From positions 2,779 through 66,778 of the forward strand of contig JANRIU010000063.1 of the NCBI GenBank assembly GCA_033764615.1: 64,000 nucleotides of DNA. The letters run 5' to 3'. This stretch comes from Gemmatimonadales bacterium (GTDB lineage: Bacteria; Gemmatimonadota; Gemmatimonadetes; Gemmatimonadales; GWC2-71-9). Below the pieces are notes generated by a model. The model was given only the letters and a program-made list of their open reading frames with translations, was not told the DNA's origin and ran no database searches. Below, in pieces: positions 1 to 10,373 of this stretch (the first letter of the stretch is position 1; every line of letters starts with the position of its first letter). A program made the translations under genes and the position numbers.

Positions 1-801
1 GCCATCGCCCACGGCCTGACGGGGCCGAACAGCACGAACGGCATGAGCTGCGCCTCGGGCGCGATGGCGATCGGGGAGGCGTTCCGCGCCATCCGCCAGG
101 GCGACGCCGACGTGATGCTCGCCGGCGGCGCGGAGGCGCCGCTCGCGCCGCTCTCGTTCGGCGCCTTCGCGCTCATCCGCGCGATGAGCACGCGCAACGA
201 CGACCCCGCCTCCGCCAGCCGCCCCTTCGACCGCGACCGCGACGGCTTCGTGATGGCCGAGGGGGCGGCGGTGCTCGTGCTGGAGGCGTGGCCGCGCGCG
301 GTGGCGCGCGGCGCGCGCATCTACGCCGAACTCACCGGCTACGGCACCACCAACGACGCGCACCACATGACCGCGCCGCGACCCGACGGCGCGCAGGCCG
401 CGCGCGCCATGCGCCTCGCGATGGCCGAGGCGGGCCTCGCGCCCGCGGACGTCGGGTACGTGAACGCGCACGGCTCGTCCACGGGCCTGAACGACCCGAC
501 GGAGTCGCTCGCGATCCGCCTCGCGCTCGGCGCGCGCGCCGACACCGTGCCCGTGAGCGGGACCAAGGGGTTCCACGGCCACGCGCTCGGCGCGTCGGGC
601 GCGTGGGAGGCGGCGATCTGCGCCCTGGCGCTGCACGACGGCTGGCTGCCGCCCACGCACAACCTCGCCGACCCCGATCCGGCGTGCGACCTCCGCTTCG
701 TGCGCGGTGGTGGCCTGCACGCCGAGGTGCGGGACGCGCTCAGCAATTCGTTCGGCTTCGGGGGGATCAACGCGGTCCTCGCCTTCCGGCGCGCGCCGTA
801 G
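1..801 (+). CDS. fabF: beta-ketoacyl-ACP synthase II, C-terminal part (5' end lies outside the window)
   Basis: Frame 1 is open from base 1. Translation has the condensing-enzyme Cys context (NGMSCASG), the His motifs HHMTAP and VNAHGSSTG, and the C-terminal FGFGGINAVL. Confidence 0.85.
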   Translation, partial: AIAHGLTGPNSTNGMSCASGAMAIGEAFRAIRQGDADVMLAGGAEAPLAPLSFGAFALIRAMSTRNDDPASASRPFDRDRDGFVMAEGAAVLVLEAWPRAVARGARIYAELTGYGTTNDAHHMTAPRPDGAQAARAMRLAMAEAGLAPADVGYVNAHGSSTGLNDPTESLAIRLALGARADTVPVSGTKGFHGHALGASGAWEAAICALALHDGWLPPTHNLADPDPACDLRFVRGGGLHAEVRDALSNSFGFGGINAVLAFRRAP

Positions 802-855
802 GACCGTGGCCGAGCCGCGTTACCTTGTCGCCCCGTCCCCTCAGGCGGTCCGCGC

Positions 856-1473
856 ATGGCCAGGCTGCTCACCGAAGCGCTCGGCACCTTCTTCCTCGTG
901 CTGTCCATCTGCCTCGCCACGGCCAGCGGCAACGCCCTGGCGCCGCTGGCGATCGGCGGCACGCTCATGGGCATGGTGTACATGGGCGCGCACGTCTCGG
1001 GCGCCCAGTACAACCCCGCCGTCTCGCTCGCGCTCGCGATCGGCGGGGCGCTGACCCCTGCCGAGATGTTGCGGTACTGGGCGGCGCAGCTCGCGGGCGG
1101 TGCGGCCGCCGCGTTCACCGCGCTCGCGATCACGGGCACGCCGGTGCCGATCCATCCGGGCGCGGGCGTCACGCCGGTGACGGCCGTGCTCGTCGAGGCG
1201 CTCGGCACGTTCGCGCTCGTGCTCGTCGTGCTCAACGTGGCGACCGCGAAGGCGAACGAGGGGAAGGAGTTCTACGGGCTGGCGATCGGGATGACGGTGA
1301 TCGGCGCGGCCTGGACGATGGGAGGCATCTCGGGCGGCGCGTTCAACCCGGCGGTCGGCACGGCGCTCAGCACGGCGGGTGGCGACGGGTTCTCCGACGC
1401 GTGGATCTACTGGGTAGGACCGCTCGCGGGCGCCGCGCTGGCCGCGATGGCGTACCGCGTGCAGCAGGGCTGA
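856..1473 (+). CDS. MIP-family channel (aquaporin/glycerol facilitator-like)
   Basis: 205-aa hydrophobic protein with two NPA boxes (QYNPAVS and AFNPAVG). Strong GC3 bias. Confidence 0.85.
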   Translation: MARLLTEALGTFFLVLSICLATASGNALAPLAIGGTLMGMVYMGAHVSGAQYNPAVSLALAIGGALTPAEMLRYWAAQLAGGAAAAFTALAITGTPVPIHPGAGVTPVTAVLVEALGTFALVLVVLNVATAKANEGKEFYGLAIGMTVIGAAWTMGGISGGAFNPAVGTALSTAGGDGFSDAWIYWVGPLAGAALAAMAYRVQQG

Positions 1474-1496
1474 GCCCGGCGCGCCCGGACTCCCCG

Positions 1497-1631
1497 CTAC
1501 GCGCCGGTGCCGCGACCGACCGCCCGGCCCACGCGCAGGATGAGCCGCAGCGCATACCCGCCCATCACCACGCCGATGATGGCGTACGCGGCGATCATGT
1601 AGCCGGCGTTCTGCGGCGGCCCGTCAGGCAT
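1497..1631 (-). CDS. ccmD: heme exporter protein D (CcmD-like small membrane protein, 44 aa)
   Basis: Not in the ORF track (under 60 aa). Hand translation: MPDGPPQNAGYMIAAYAIIGVVMGGYALRLILRVGRAVGRGTGA, with one TM helix and a basic tail. Its ATG overlaps the ccmC stop (ATGCCTGA), and it follows ccmABC. Confidence 0.6.
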   Translation of the reverse strand: MPDGPPQNAGYMIAAYAIIGVVMGGYALRLILRVGRAVGRGTGA

Positions 1632-2259
1632 CGCGCGCCGCCGCCACGCGGCCGAGCGCATAGCGCGTCGTCACCAGCGCCACGTAGAAGAACGTCCACG
1701 CCGCGAACGACGCGAGCAGCGTCACCAGCATCTCGCTCGAGGCGGTCGGCCCGTCGGGCTTGAGCACCACCGGCTTCGGGTGGATGGTGCGGAACATGTA
1801 CACGGTCATGTGGATGAACGGCACGAGCAGCGCGCCGAGGATCCCCACCACCGCGCTGTAGCGCGCGCGCAGCTCCGGCTCCAGCACCGCCGAGCGGAGC
1901 GAGAGGTACCCCACCATCAGGAAGAAGAGGAAGAGCGTGGAGGTGAGGCGCGGCTCCCACTGCCACCACGCGCCCCACACCGGCTTCCCCCACAGCGGCC
2001 CGCTCACCAGCACCATCGCGGTGAGCAGCACGCCGACCTCCACCGACGCCTCGGAGAAGAGGTCGAGCCGGCGGTCGCCGAGCCACAGGTACAGCCCGCT
2101 GCAGATCCCCACGAGACCGAAGGCGAGGAAGGCGCACCACGCGGCCGGCACGTGGATGTAGAAGATCTTCTGCGCCGGGCCCTGCACCGCCTCGATGGGG
2201 GTGAAGCCGATCGCGCGGACCGCGCACGCCACGACCGCGACGAGGGCCACGACCAGCAT
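1624..2259 (-). CDS. ccmC: heme exporter protein C (cytochrome c maturation)
   Basis: Contains KIFYIHVPAAW and the Trp-rich motif WGKPVWGAWWQWEPRLTS typical of CcmC. Start is uncertain: ATG at 2259 is chosen. GC3 stays coding-like up to about 2310, so a non-ATG start is possible. The ATG at 2370 would overlap ccmB by 59 nt. Confidence 0.8.
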   Translation of the reverse strand: MLVVALVAVVACAVRAIGFTPIEAVQGPAQKIFYIHVPAAWCAFLAFGLVGICSGLYLWLGDRRLDLFSEASVEVGVLLTAMVLVSGPLWGKPVWGAWWQWEPRLTSTLFLFFLMVGYLSLRSAVLEPELRARYSAVVGILGALLVPFIHMTVYMFRTIHPKPVVLKPDGPTASSEMLVTLLASFAAWTFFYVALVTTRYALGRVAAARDA

Positions 2260-2311
2260 GGCGCGCCCCCGCTTCGCGAGCGCGAGCGCATCCGGCAGGT
2301 CGGCCGCGGTG

Positions 2312-2983
2312 CTAATCGCGGACGACGACGGGGAAGACCAGGAGGCAGAGGACAATGAAGATGACGTCATATACGCAAAGTAACCGGAGCCAGCCCGCGA
2401 CCTCCGCCAGCGTCTGCCCACCGAGGAGCCGGCCGGTCACCTGCACCCCGACGACCACGGGGATCACGAGGAACGGCATGACCAGCGTGGGCAGGAGCAG
2501 CTCGGCGTGCTTCGCGCGGGCCGTGATGGCGCCGAAGACGGTGCCGACGGCGGCGAAGCCGAGCGTGGTGAGCGGCAGCAGGAGCGCCATGCCGCCCAGG
2601 ACGGGGCCGAAGTCGACGTTGAAGAAGAGCACGACGAGCGGCACCGCGAGCAGCTCGATGGCGAGCGTGAACGCGACGTTGGCGAGGTACTTCCCGAGGA
2701 AGATCGCCTCTCGGGCGATGGGGGCGAGGAGCAGGCCGTCGATCGCGCCGTGCTCCTTCTCGTGCTGGAACGCGCGGTTGAGCGCGGTCGTCGCCGCGAA
2801 GGCGGCCGTCACCCAGAGCGCGCCGGGTGCCACCAGCGCGGGGGCGACCGCCGTCGGGTCCCGCGCGAAGTAGAGCACGAACAGCACGAGGCACGCGAGC
2901 AGCAGCGCCGACATGAGCGCGGAGCGGCTGCGCAGCTCGGCGCGGAGGTCCTTGGCCGCGAGGGTGAGCGCCGCGCTCAGCAT
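2312..2983 (-). CDS. ccmB: heme exporter permease CcmB
   Basis: 223-aa polytopic membrane protein lying between ccmA and ccmC. N-terminus LAAKDLRAELRSRSAL is typical of CcmB. Confidence 0.8.
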   Translation of the reverse strand: MLSAALTLAAKDLRAELRSRSALMSALLLACLVLFVLYFARDPTAVAPALVAPGALWVTAAFAATTALNRAFQHEKEHGAIDGLLLAPIAREAIFLGKYLANVAFTLAIELLAVPLVVLFFNVDFGPVLGGMALLLPLTTLGFAAVGTVFGAITARAKHAELLLPTLVMPFLVIPVVVGVQVTGRLLGGQTLAEVAGWLRLLCVYDVIFIVLCLLVFPVVVRD

Positions 2984-2987
2984 CGGC

Positions 2988-3722
2988 TCACGCGGGGACC
3001 GCCTCGCGGAAGCGGGCGAGGAACGCGTCGGGCTCGCCGACGCGCGCCTCGTCGAGCGCCCAGCGCCCCCCGCTGAACGCTGCCACCCTGGTGGCGATCT
3101 GCCAGAGCTCGGCCGGCTGGTGCGTCACGGCGACGGCGGCGGCGCCGGCCGCGATGCGCGCCGCCAGGAGCTGCCGGATCCGCTCCTGCCACTCGGCGTC
3201 GAGCCCGGTGAACGGCTCGTCGAGGAGCAGGAGCGCCGGCTGGTGCTGCAGGGCGCGGGCGATCGTGGCGCGCTGCAGCATGCCGCGGCTCAGGTTCCGG
3301 GGCGACTCGCCGGCCTTCGCCTCGAGCCCCACCTCCGCGAGCGCCGCCGTGGCCGCCTCCGCTGGAGCCGGCAGCCCGTAGAGGCGCCCGGCGAAGGCGA
3401 GGTTCTCGTGCAGGGTGAGGTCGTCGTACAGGAGGGAGCGGTGCGAGACGAGGCCGATCGCCCGGCGCACCTCGGGGTCGTCATCGCCGATGGGCCGGCC
3501 AAGGACCAGCACCGTGCCGGCGGAGGGCCGGGCAAGGCCGGCGAGGACGCGCAGCAGCGTGGACTTCCCGGCGCCGTTCGGCCCGACGACCACCAGCACC
3601 TCGTGCGCGCCGAGCAGGAGGTCCACGCCGGCCAGGGCGAGCGTGCGCCCGTAGCGACGCACGAGGCCGCGCGCCTCGATGACGGGCGCGACCGCACCGA
3701 GGACCGGACCGGGAGGGGCCAT
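2988..3722 (-). CDS. ccmA: heme-exporting ABC transporter ATP-binding protein CcmA
   Basis: Walker A GPNGAGKST, signature LSRGMLQR, Walker B LLLLDEP. Lies directly upstream of ccmB. Confidence 0.85.
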   Translation of the reverse strand: MAPPGPVLGAVAPVIEARGLVRRYGRTLALAGVDLLLGAHEVLVVVGPNGAGKSTLLRVLAGLARPSAGTVLVLGRPIGDDDPEVRRAIGLVSHRSLLYDDLTLHENLAFAGRLYGLPAPAEAATAALAEVGLEAKAGESPRNLSRGMLQRATIARALQHQPALLLLDEPFTGLDAEWQERIRQLLAARIAAGAAAVAVTHQPAELWQIATRVAAFSGGRWALDEARVGEPDAFLARFREAVPA

Positions 3723-3766
3723 GAGGCCCGAAAGGTACGTCTCCCGGTCTCGCGGTCCAGCAGCGA

Positions 3767-4075
3767 CTACTCCTCGGTGATCACGAACAGCTCGTCGAGC
3801 TTGGTGAGCGTGAGGAGGTAGCGGATCTCGTCGGTGGGATTGCGCAGCGCCACCTCCAGCCCCCGCTCGATCGCCAGGCGACCGACCGCCATCAGCTCGC
3901 CGAGGCCGGCGGAGTCGACGTCGCGGGTGGGGGAGAGGTCGATGACGAAGCGGCCATCGCCGGGGGCGTGCTCCTCCAGCAGGCGCGTGGCATCCTGCCG
4001 GAAGTCATTGCGGGTCTCGAGGCCAAGGACGGACGGTGCGAGCATGCGGATCTCGGGCGTGAAAGTGTGAGCCAT
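3767..4075 (-). CDS. STAS-domain protein (anti-sigma-factor antagonist-like)
   Basis: 102 aa. DLSPTRDVDSAGLGELM and the C-terminal LLTLTKLDELF resemble SpoIIAA/RsbV-type STAS domains. GGAGG lies upstream of the ATG. Confidence 0.7.
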   Translation of the reverse strand: MAHTFTPEIRMLAPSVLGLETRNDFRQDATRLLEEHAPGDGRFVIDLSPTRDVDSAGLGELMAVGRLAIERGLEVALRNPTDEIRYLLTLTKLDELFVITEE

Positions 4076-4301
4076 GGGTTGCCTGCCTCCCCTAGGCCCG
4101 ATGAGTCACGTCCCTCGCATGCCTGCCACGGCCGGTGCTGCGGACCGTCGCGCCTTCGGCAACCGAGCCATCTCAGGTATCCTTCCCTGCACCAGCACCT
4201 GAGACCTCTGGTTTTGCGGCCCCGGATCGCTCCGGGTGTGCTCTTGTCGGGCGTACCGAACTACGCTTTTGACGACTGACTTCGCCTGCACTTCCCTGCT
4301 G

Positions 4302-4318
4302 AAGCACACCCCGTGCCA
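4302..4318 (-). promoter_or_regulatory. candidate sigma-54 promoter upstream of the STAS-ccmABCD genes
   Basis: The minus strand reads TGGCACGGGGTGTGCTT. GG and GC have the correct 10-nt spacing, with a single deviation from the TGGCACG-N4-TTGCW consensus at -14. It lies about 230 nt upstream of the STAS ATG. Confidence 0.4.
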
Positions 4319-4426
4319 CGTGCGCGGCGCGTTGTGTTTCCAGCACTTGGCCGCCTCCGGCCCCCGGGGGCCCTCCGCCAGCCGTCGCATCCTGCGGCGG
4401 TCCACACCGTCCTGTTCCTGGATACC

Positions 4427-6382
<1,956 letters not shown>

Positions 6383-6474
6383 GGGGGGGCAGGAGGGCAG
6401 GCGGGCCCGACGCCGGAACGGCTGGTGACGCGGCGGGGCCCTCGGCCTCCGGCCCGCCGGCCCCCTTGCCCTCC
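6383..6474. terminator. long imperfect hairpin between convergent acs and kup
   Basis: ggagggcaggcgggcc (left) pairs with ggcccgcc...tgccctcc (right). The units resemble the GGCGGGCA variant octamer of element E. Confidence 0.4.
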
Positions 6475-8444
6475 TACAGCTGGATCTGCGCCCCCATCTC
6501 CACCACGCGGTTGGGCGGCAGCGAGAAGAAGCTCGCGGCGCTCTGCGCGTTGCGCTGCATCAGGATGAACAGCTGCTTCCGCCAGCGCGCCATCTTGGCG
6601 TTGCCGCCGGGGAGCAGCGTCTCGCGGCCCAGGTAGTACGTCGTCTGCATGGGCGGGAGCGTGAGCCCGTGCGCGGCGAGGCCGGTGAGCGTCGCCGGCA
6701 CGTCGGGCACCTCCATGAAGCCGAAGTGCGCGCGGACGCGCACGAAGTCGTTCGGCAGCGTCTCCACGTCGAGGCGCTCGTCGGCGGCGACGTAGGGCAC
6801 TTCCTCGCTCAGCACCGACAGCAGCACGACGCGCTGGTGCAGCACCTTGTTGTGCTTGAGGTGGTGCAGCAGCACGGGCGGCACGTTGCGCGGGTCGGAG
6901 CTGAGGAAGACGGCCACGCCGGGCACGCGCACGCACGCCTGCGGCCCGAGAGTCTCGACGAACTCCGCCAGCGGCATCGCCCCCTCGCTCATCGCGCGCT
7001 GGAGCGCGACGCGTCCCTGCTTCCAGGTGACGAGCAGGGTGAACACGAAGGCCCCCACCACCAGCGGGAACCAGCCCCCCTGCTCCACCTTCACCAGGTT
7101 CGCGCCGAGGAAGGCGAGGTCGATCACGAGCATCGTGCCGGACACGACGGCGGCCTTCCACGGCGCCCAGCGCCACCGCTCGAGCGCCATGCGGTGGAAC
7201 AGGATGGTGGTGATCGCCATCGTGCCGGTGACGGCGATGCCGTACGCCGCCGCGAGCGCGGTGGAGCTGCGGAACCCCAGCACGAGGCCGATGCAGGAGA
7301 CGAGCAGCGCCGCGTTCACCTCGGGGATGTAGATCTGGCCGATCTCGGTCTTCGAGGTGTGGACGATCGTGACGCGCGGCGAGTAGCCGAGCTGGATCGC
7401 CTGCTGCGTGAGCGAGAAGGCGCCGCTGATGAGGGCCTGGCTCGCGATCACCGCCGCCATCGTGCCGAGCACCACGAGCGGGATCAGCAGCGGCGCCGGC
7501 GCCATGGCGTAGAACGGGTTCGACGCGACCGACGGGTCCGTGAGCAGCAGCGCGCCCTGGCCGAGGTAGTTGAGGAAGAGCGCCGGGAGCACGAGGCCGA
7601 ACCACGCGATCCGGATCGGGCGGCGCCCGAAGTGTCCCATGTCGGCGTACAGCGCCTCGCCGCCGGTCACGACCAGCACCACCGCGCCGAGGATGAGGAA
7701 GCCGTGGAAGCCCCCCTCCGCCAGCAGGCGCAGGCCGTGCAGCGGGTTGAGCGCGGCGATGACGCCGGGCGCGTCCATCACGCGGTACACGCCGAGCGCG
7801 GCGATCGCCACGAACCAGAGCGCCATCACCGGCCCGAACACCATGCCGATGCCGGAGGTGCCGCGCCGCTGCACGAGGAAGAGCAGCAGCAGGATGCCGA
7901 CGGTGAGCGGCACCACGGCCGCCTCGGCGGCCGGCGTCACCACCTTCAGCCCCTCGACCGCCGAGAGCACGGAGATCGCCGGCGTGATGACGCCGTCGCC
8001 GTAGAGCAGCGCGGCGCCGAAGAGGCCGAGCATGATGAGGGGGATGCGGTCGCGCGTGGTGCGCGCGGCGGTGGGGCCGTGCCGCACCTGCGCGAGCAGC
8101 GCGAGGATGCCGCCCTCGCCGCGGTTGTCCGCCCGCATCACGTACGAGATGTACTTGACGGAGACGACGAGGTTGAGCGACCAGAAGATGAGCGAGAGCA
8201 CGCCGAGCACGTGCTCGGGCGTGACGGGGAGGCCGTGCTCGCCGCTGAAGCACTCCTTGATGGCGTACAGCGGGCTGGTGCCGATGTCGCCGTAGACCAC
8301 GCCGAGGGCGGCGAGGGAGAGGCCGGCGAGCGAGCTGCCGTGGCCCACGCCGTGGGACGCGTCGCCCTCGGCGGGGGGCGCCGGGGGCGGGGGGGCCGGC
8401 GCCGGCGCGCTGATCGGCGCCGGGCCGGCCTGGGGATCGCTCAC
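6474..8444 (-). CDS. kup: KUP/HAK/KT-family potassium transporter
   Basis: 656 aa with GVVYGDIGTSPLYA near the N-terminus, 12 TM-like segments and a conserved cytoplasmic C-domain. Confidence 0.93.
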   Translation of the reverse strand: MSDPQAGPAPISAPAPAPPPPAPPAEGDASHGVGHGSSLAGLSLAALGVVYGDIGTSPLYAIKECFSGEHGLPVTPEHVLGVLSLIFWSLNLVVSVKYISYVMRADNRGEGGILALLAQVRHGPTAARTTRDRIPLIMLGLFGAALLYGDGVITPAISVLSAVEGLKVVTPAAEAAVVPLTVGILLLLFLVQRRGTSGIGMVFGPVMALWFVAIAALGVYRVMDAPGVIAALNPLHGLRLLAEGGFHGFLILGAVVLVVTGGEALYADMGHFGRRPIRIAWFGLVLPALFLNYLGQGALLLTDPSVASNPFYAMAPAPLLIPLVVLGTMAAVIASQALISGAFSLTQQAIQLGYSPRVTIVHTSKTEIGQIYIPEVNAALLVSCIGLVLGFRSSTALAAAYGIAVTGTMAITTILFHRMALERWRWAPWKAAVVSGTMLVIDLAFLGANLVKVEQGGWFPLVVGAFVFTLLVTWKQGRVALQRAMSEGAMPLAEFVETLGPQACVRVPGVAVFLSSDPRNVPPVLLHHLKHNKVLHQRVVLLSVLSEEVPYVAADERLDVETLPNDFVRVRAHFGFMEVPDVPATLTGLAAHGLTLPPMQTTYYLGRETLLPGGNAKMARWRKQLFILMQRNAQSAASFFSLPPNRVVEMGAQIQL

Positions 8445-8456
8445 ACCCGGGCCGGG

Positions 8457-9146
8457 CTACTTCGCCGCGGACGCGACCGGCGCGATCGAGTCCGCGATCT
8501 GCTTCAGGCGATCGGCCGCGAGGATGCCGGCGAAGAGCCGCCCGCCGATCAGGAACGTCGGCGTGCTGCTCACCCCGGCCGCCATCCCCTCGTTGAGGCT
8601 CGCCTGGATGCGCCCGGCGTGGCGGGTGCTCTGCATGCACGCGTCGTACTTCGCGCGGTCGAGCCCGGCCTGGTCGCCGTAGGAGGCGAAGAGGTCTCCG
8701 GCGTCGCCGGAGCGTTCCCAGTCGGCCTGCCCCGCGTAGATGAGCGCGTGCACGTCCCAGAAGCGGCCCTGCTCGTCGGCGCACGCCGCCGCATGCGCCG
8801 CGAGGCGCGCCCAGCGGTGCTGGTCGAGCGGGAAGTCCCGGTAGCGCCAGCGCACGCGACCCGACTCGATGAGCCGCTGCCGCACGTCGGGGAACTGCAC
8901 CGCCTCGAACTGCGCACACGCCGGGCACTGGTAGTCGGCGTACTCGACCACCTCCACCGGCGCGTCGGCCCGGCCGAGCACGTAACCGCGGAAGCCCGCG
9001 GTGTCGCTGGCCGTCACCGTCACGTTCGCCGGGATCGACGGCGACGTCGGCCGCATGAGCATCCAGCCGATCGCCACCGCACCGACCGCCCCCACCGCAC
9101 CCAGCACCACGAAGAACCGGTTCACCGATCTCCCCCCTGACGCCAT
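8457..9146 (-). CDS. DsbA-family thiol:disulfide oxidoreductase (membrane-anchored)
   Basis: N-terminal TM anchor and a thioredoxin-fold CxxC motif (YQCPACAQF). Ends 12 nt upstream of kup. Confidence 0.8.
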   Translation of the reverse strand: MASGGRSVNRFFVVLGAVGAVGAVAIGWMLMRPTSPSIPANVTVTASDTAGFRGYVLGRADAPVEVVEYADYQCPACAQFEAVQFPDVRQRLIESGRVRWRYRDFPLDQHRWARLAAHAAACADEQGRFWDVHALIYAGQADWERSGDAGDLFASYGDQAGLDRAKYDACMQSTRHAGRIQASLNEGMAAGVSSTPTFLIGGRLFAGILAADRLKQIADSIAPVASAAK

Positions 9147-9427
9147 GTCTCGCCGTCGTCCGGCGCATCCTGGTCCAACGCGAACGGCCGCGACGCCTCG
9201 TCGACGATGCGCCGCGCCTCCGCGACCTCCGGTGTGTCGTACGTGCAGCGCACCTCGTAGTGGAACAGCTCGCTGCGCACCTCGCCGATCAGCCGCTGCA
9301 GGTCCGGATGGCCGTGCAGCAGCGCGCCCCGCGCATCCAGCTCGCCGATCAGCCGGGCCAGCATGCGCAGCAGCGTGCGCAGCCGCTCGCTGCGCGCCTC
9401 GCCCCAGACCTGGTCGTGCTCACCCAT
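9122..9427 (-). CDS. hypothetical protein
   Basis: GC3-rich ORF. ATG at 9427 is preferred over the TTG at 9463. I recognise no family. Confidence 0.4.
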   Translation of the reverse strand: MGEHDQVWGEARSERLRTLLRMLARLIGELDARGALLHGHPDLQRLIGEVRSELFHYEVRCTYDTPEVAEARRIVDEASRPFALDQDAPDDGETWRQGGDR

Positions 9428-9522
9428 CGACGTCACGGCTCCGCGGAGGACATCCCGCGTCAAGCCGCGCGCGGGTCAAGCCGATAAACCTAACGGCATC
9501 CGGTGATACCCCACGCCGGCCC

Positions 9523-9551
9523 CCGGACTTGCACCTTTTGGTGCAAACCGG
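9523..9551. promoter_or_regulatory. palindromic operator-like site TTGCACC-TTTT-GGTGCAA, flanked by CCGG...CCGG
   Basis: A perfect 7-bp inverted repeat at 9529-9546, in the divergent region between two small hypothetical genes. It lies about 20 nt upstream of a TACAAT box (9567-9572). Confidence 0.45.
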
Positions 9552-9611
9552 ATAGGTTGGGCGGTGTACAATAGGTGAACCGGCAGACGCGTCGGCGACA
9601 TGGGAGAGGCG

Positions 9612-9881
9612 ATGACGAAGAAGAAGGGTCGGGAGACGGCGCCTGCGGGCGTCTTCGAGCAGGCGCGGGACGAGTTGTTCAGCCACATCCTCCGCTGCGG
9701 CGTGATCGAGGCGCTGCCGGAGCACCAGAAGGAGTGGTTCGACGACACGATGCAGTACCTCGAGGAGCGGTACGAGGAGCTGGGCGAGGAGGGTCTGCAG
9801 ACGCTGCGGACGCTGGGCGAGAACTACTGCCGCCCGGTGCAGCGCCGCGCCCCCGAGGCGACGACGGCCAGCCCGGGCTGA
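9612..9881 (+). CDS. hypothetical small protein
   Basis: GC3-rich ORF. The ATG at 9612 is preceded by GGGAGAGG; an alternative ATG lies at 9600. I recognise no family. Confidence 0.45.
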   Translation: MTKKKGRETAPAGVFEQARDELFSHILRCGVIEALPEHQKEWFDDTMQYLEERYEELGEEGLQTLRTLGENYCRPVQRRAPEATTASPG

Positions 9882-9939
9882 GCCACGCGCCACGTGCTGA
9901 CAGGGACGGCCCCCACCCGGGGCCGTCCCTTCGTCGTTC

Positions 9940-10350
9940 TCAGGGGTCGAGCACGACGCGGTGCGTGACCACCGTGTCCGGCGCGAGCGTCGCGACGACC
10001 GAGCAGTACTTCTCGAGCGAGAGCGCGACCGCGCGCTCCACCTTCGCGCGCTCGAGCCCCGCGCCCGAGGCGTGGAAGACGAGCTCGAGCGCGACGTACC
10101 GCTTCGGCTCCTCGTCGCGCCGCGTGCCCGCGGCCTCCACCCGCAGCGCGGCCAGCGGCTGCCGCATCTTCTCGAGGATCATCACCACGTCGATGGCGCT
10201 GCAGCCGGCCGCCGCGAGGAGCAGCTGCTCCATGGGCGACGGCCCGGCCTGCCCGTCCCCGTCGAGCACGACAGCGGGCCCGCCGGGGGCCCCGCCTTCG
10301 AAGACGAGGGCGCGGGACCAGCGGAGGGAGGCATGGCGGACAGAGGGCAT
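9940..10350 (-). CDS. OsmC/Ohr-family peroxiredoxin-like protein
   Basis: PMEQLLLAAAGCSAIDVV and LSLEKYCSVVATL carry the two conserved OsmC Cys. ATG at 10350. The upstream part of the tracked ORF is only read-through of the octamer repeat. Confidence 0.8.
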   Translation of the reverse strand: MPSVRHASLRWSRALVFEGGAPGGPAVVLDGDGQAGPSPMEQLLLAAAGCSAIDVVMILEKMRQPLAALRVEAAGTRRDEEPKRYVALELVFHASGAGLERAKVERAVALSLEKYCSVVATLAPDTVVTHRVVLDP

Positions 10351-10373
10351 GGGGGCCAGGGGGCGGGTGAGTG

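Noticed and set aside
1624-2421. Using the tracked 265-aa start, or the ATG at 2370, for ccmC
   Set aside because: Upstream codons overlap the ccmB 3' end, where GC3 bias follows the ccmB frame. The ATG at 2259, or a non-ATG start just after the ccmB stop, fits better.
9529-9546. Calling the TTGCACC-N4-GGTGCAA palindrome an NtrC binding site
   Set aside because: The half-sites match, but the spacer is one base shorter than the classical TGCACC-N5-GGTGCA. No -24/-12 promoter is nearby, so it is kept only as a generic operator.
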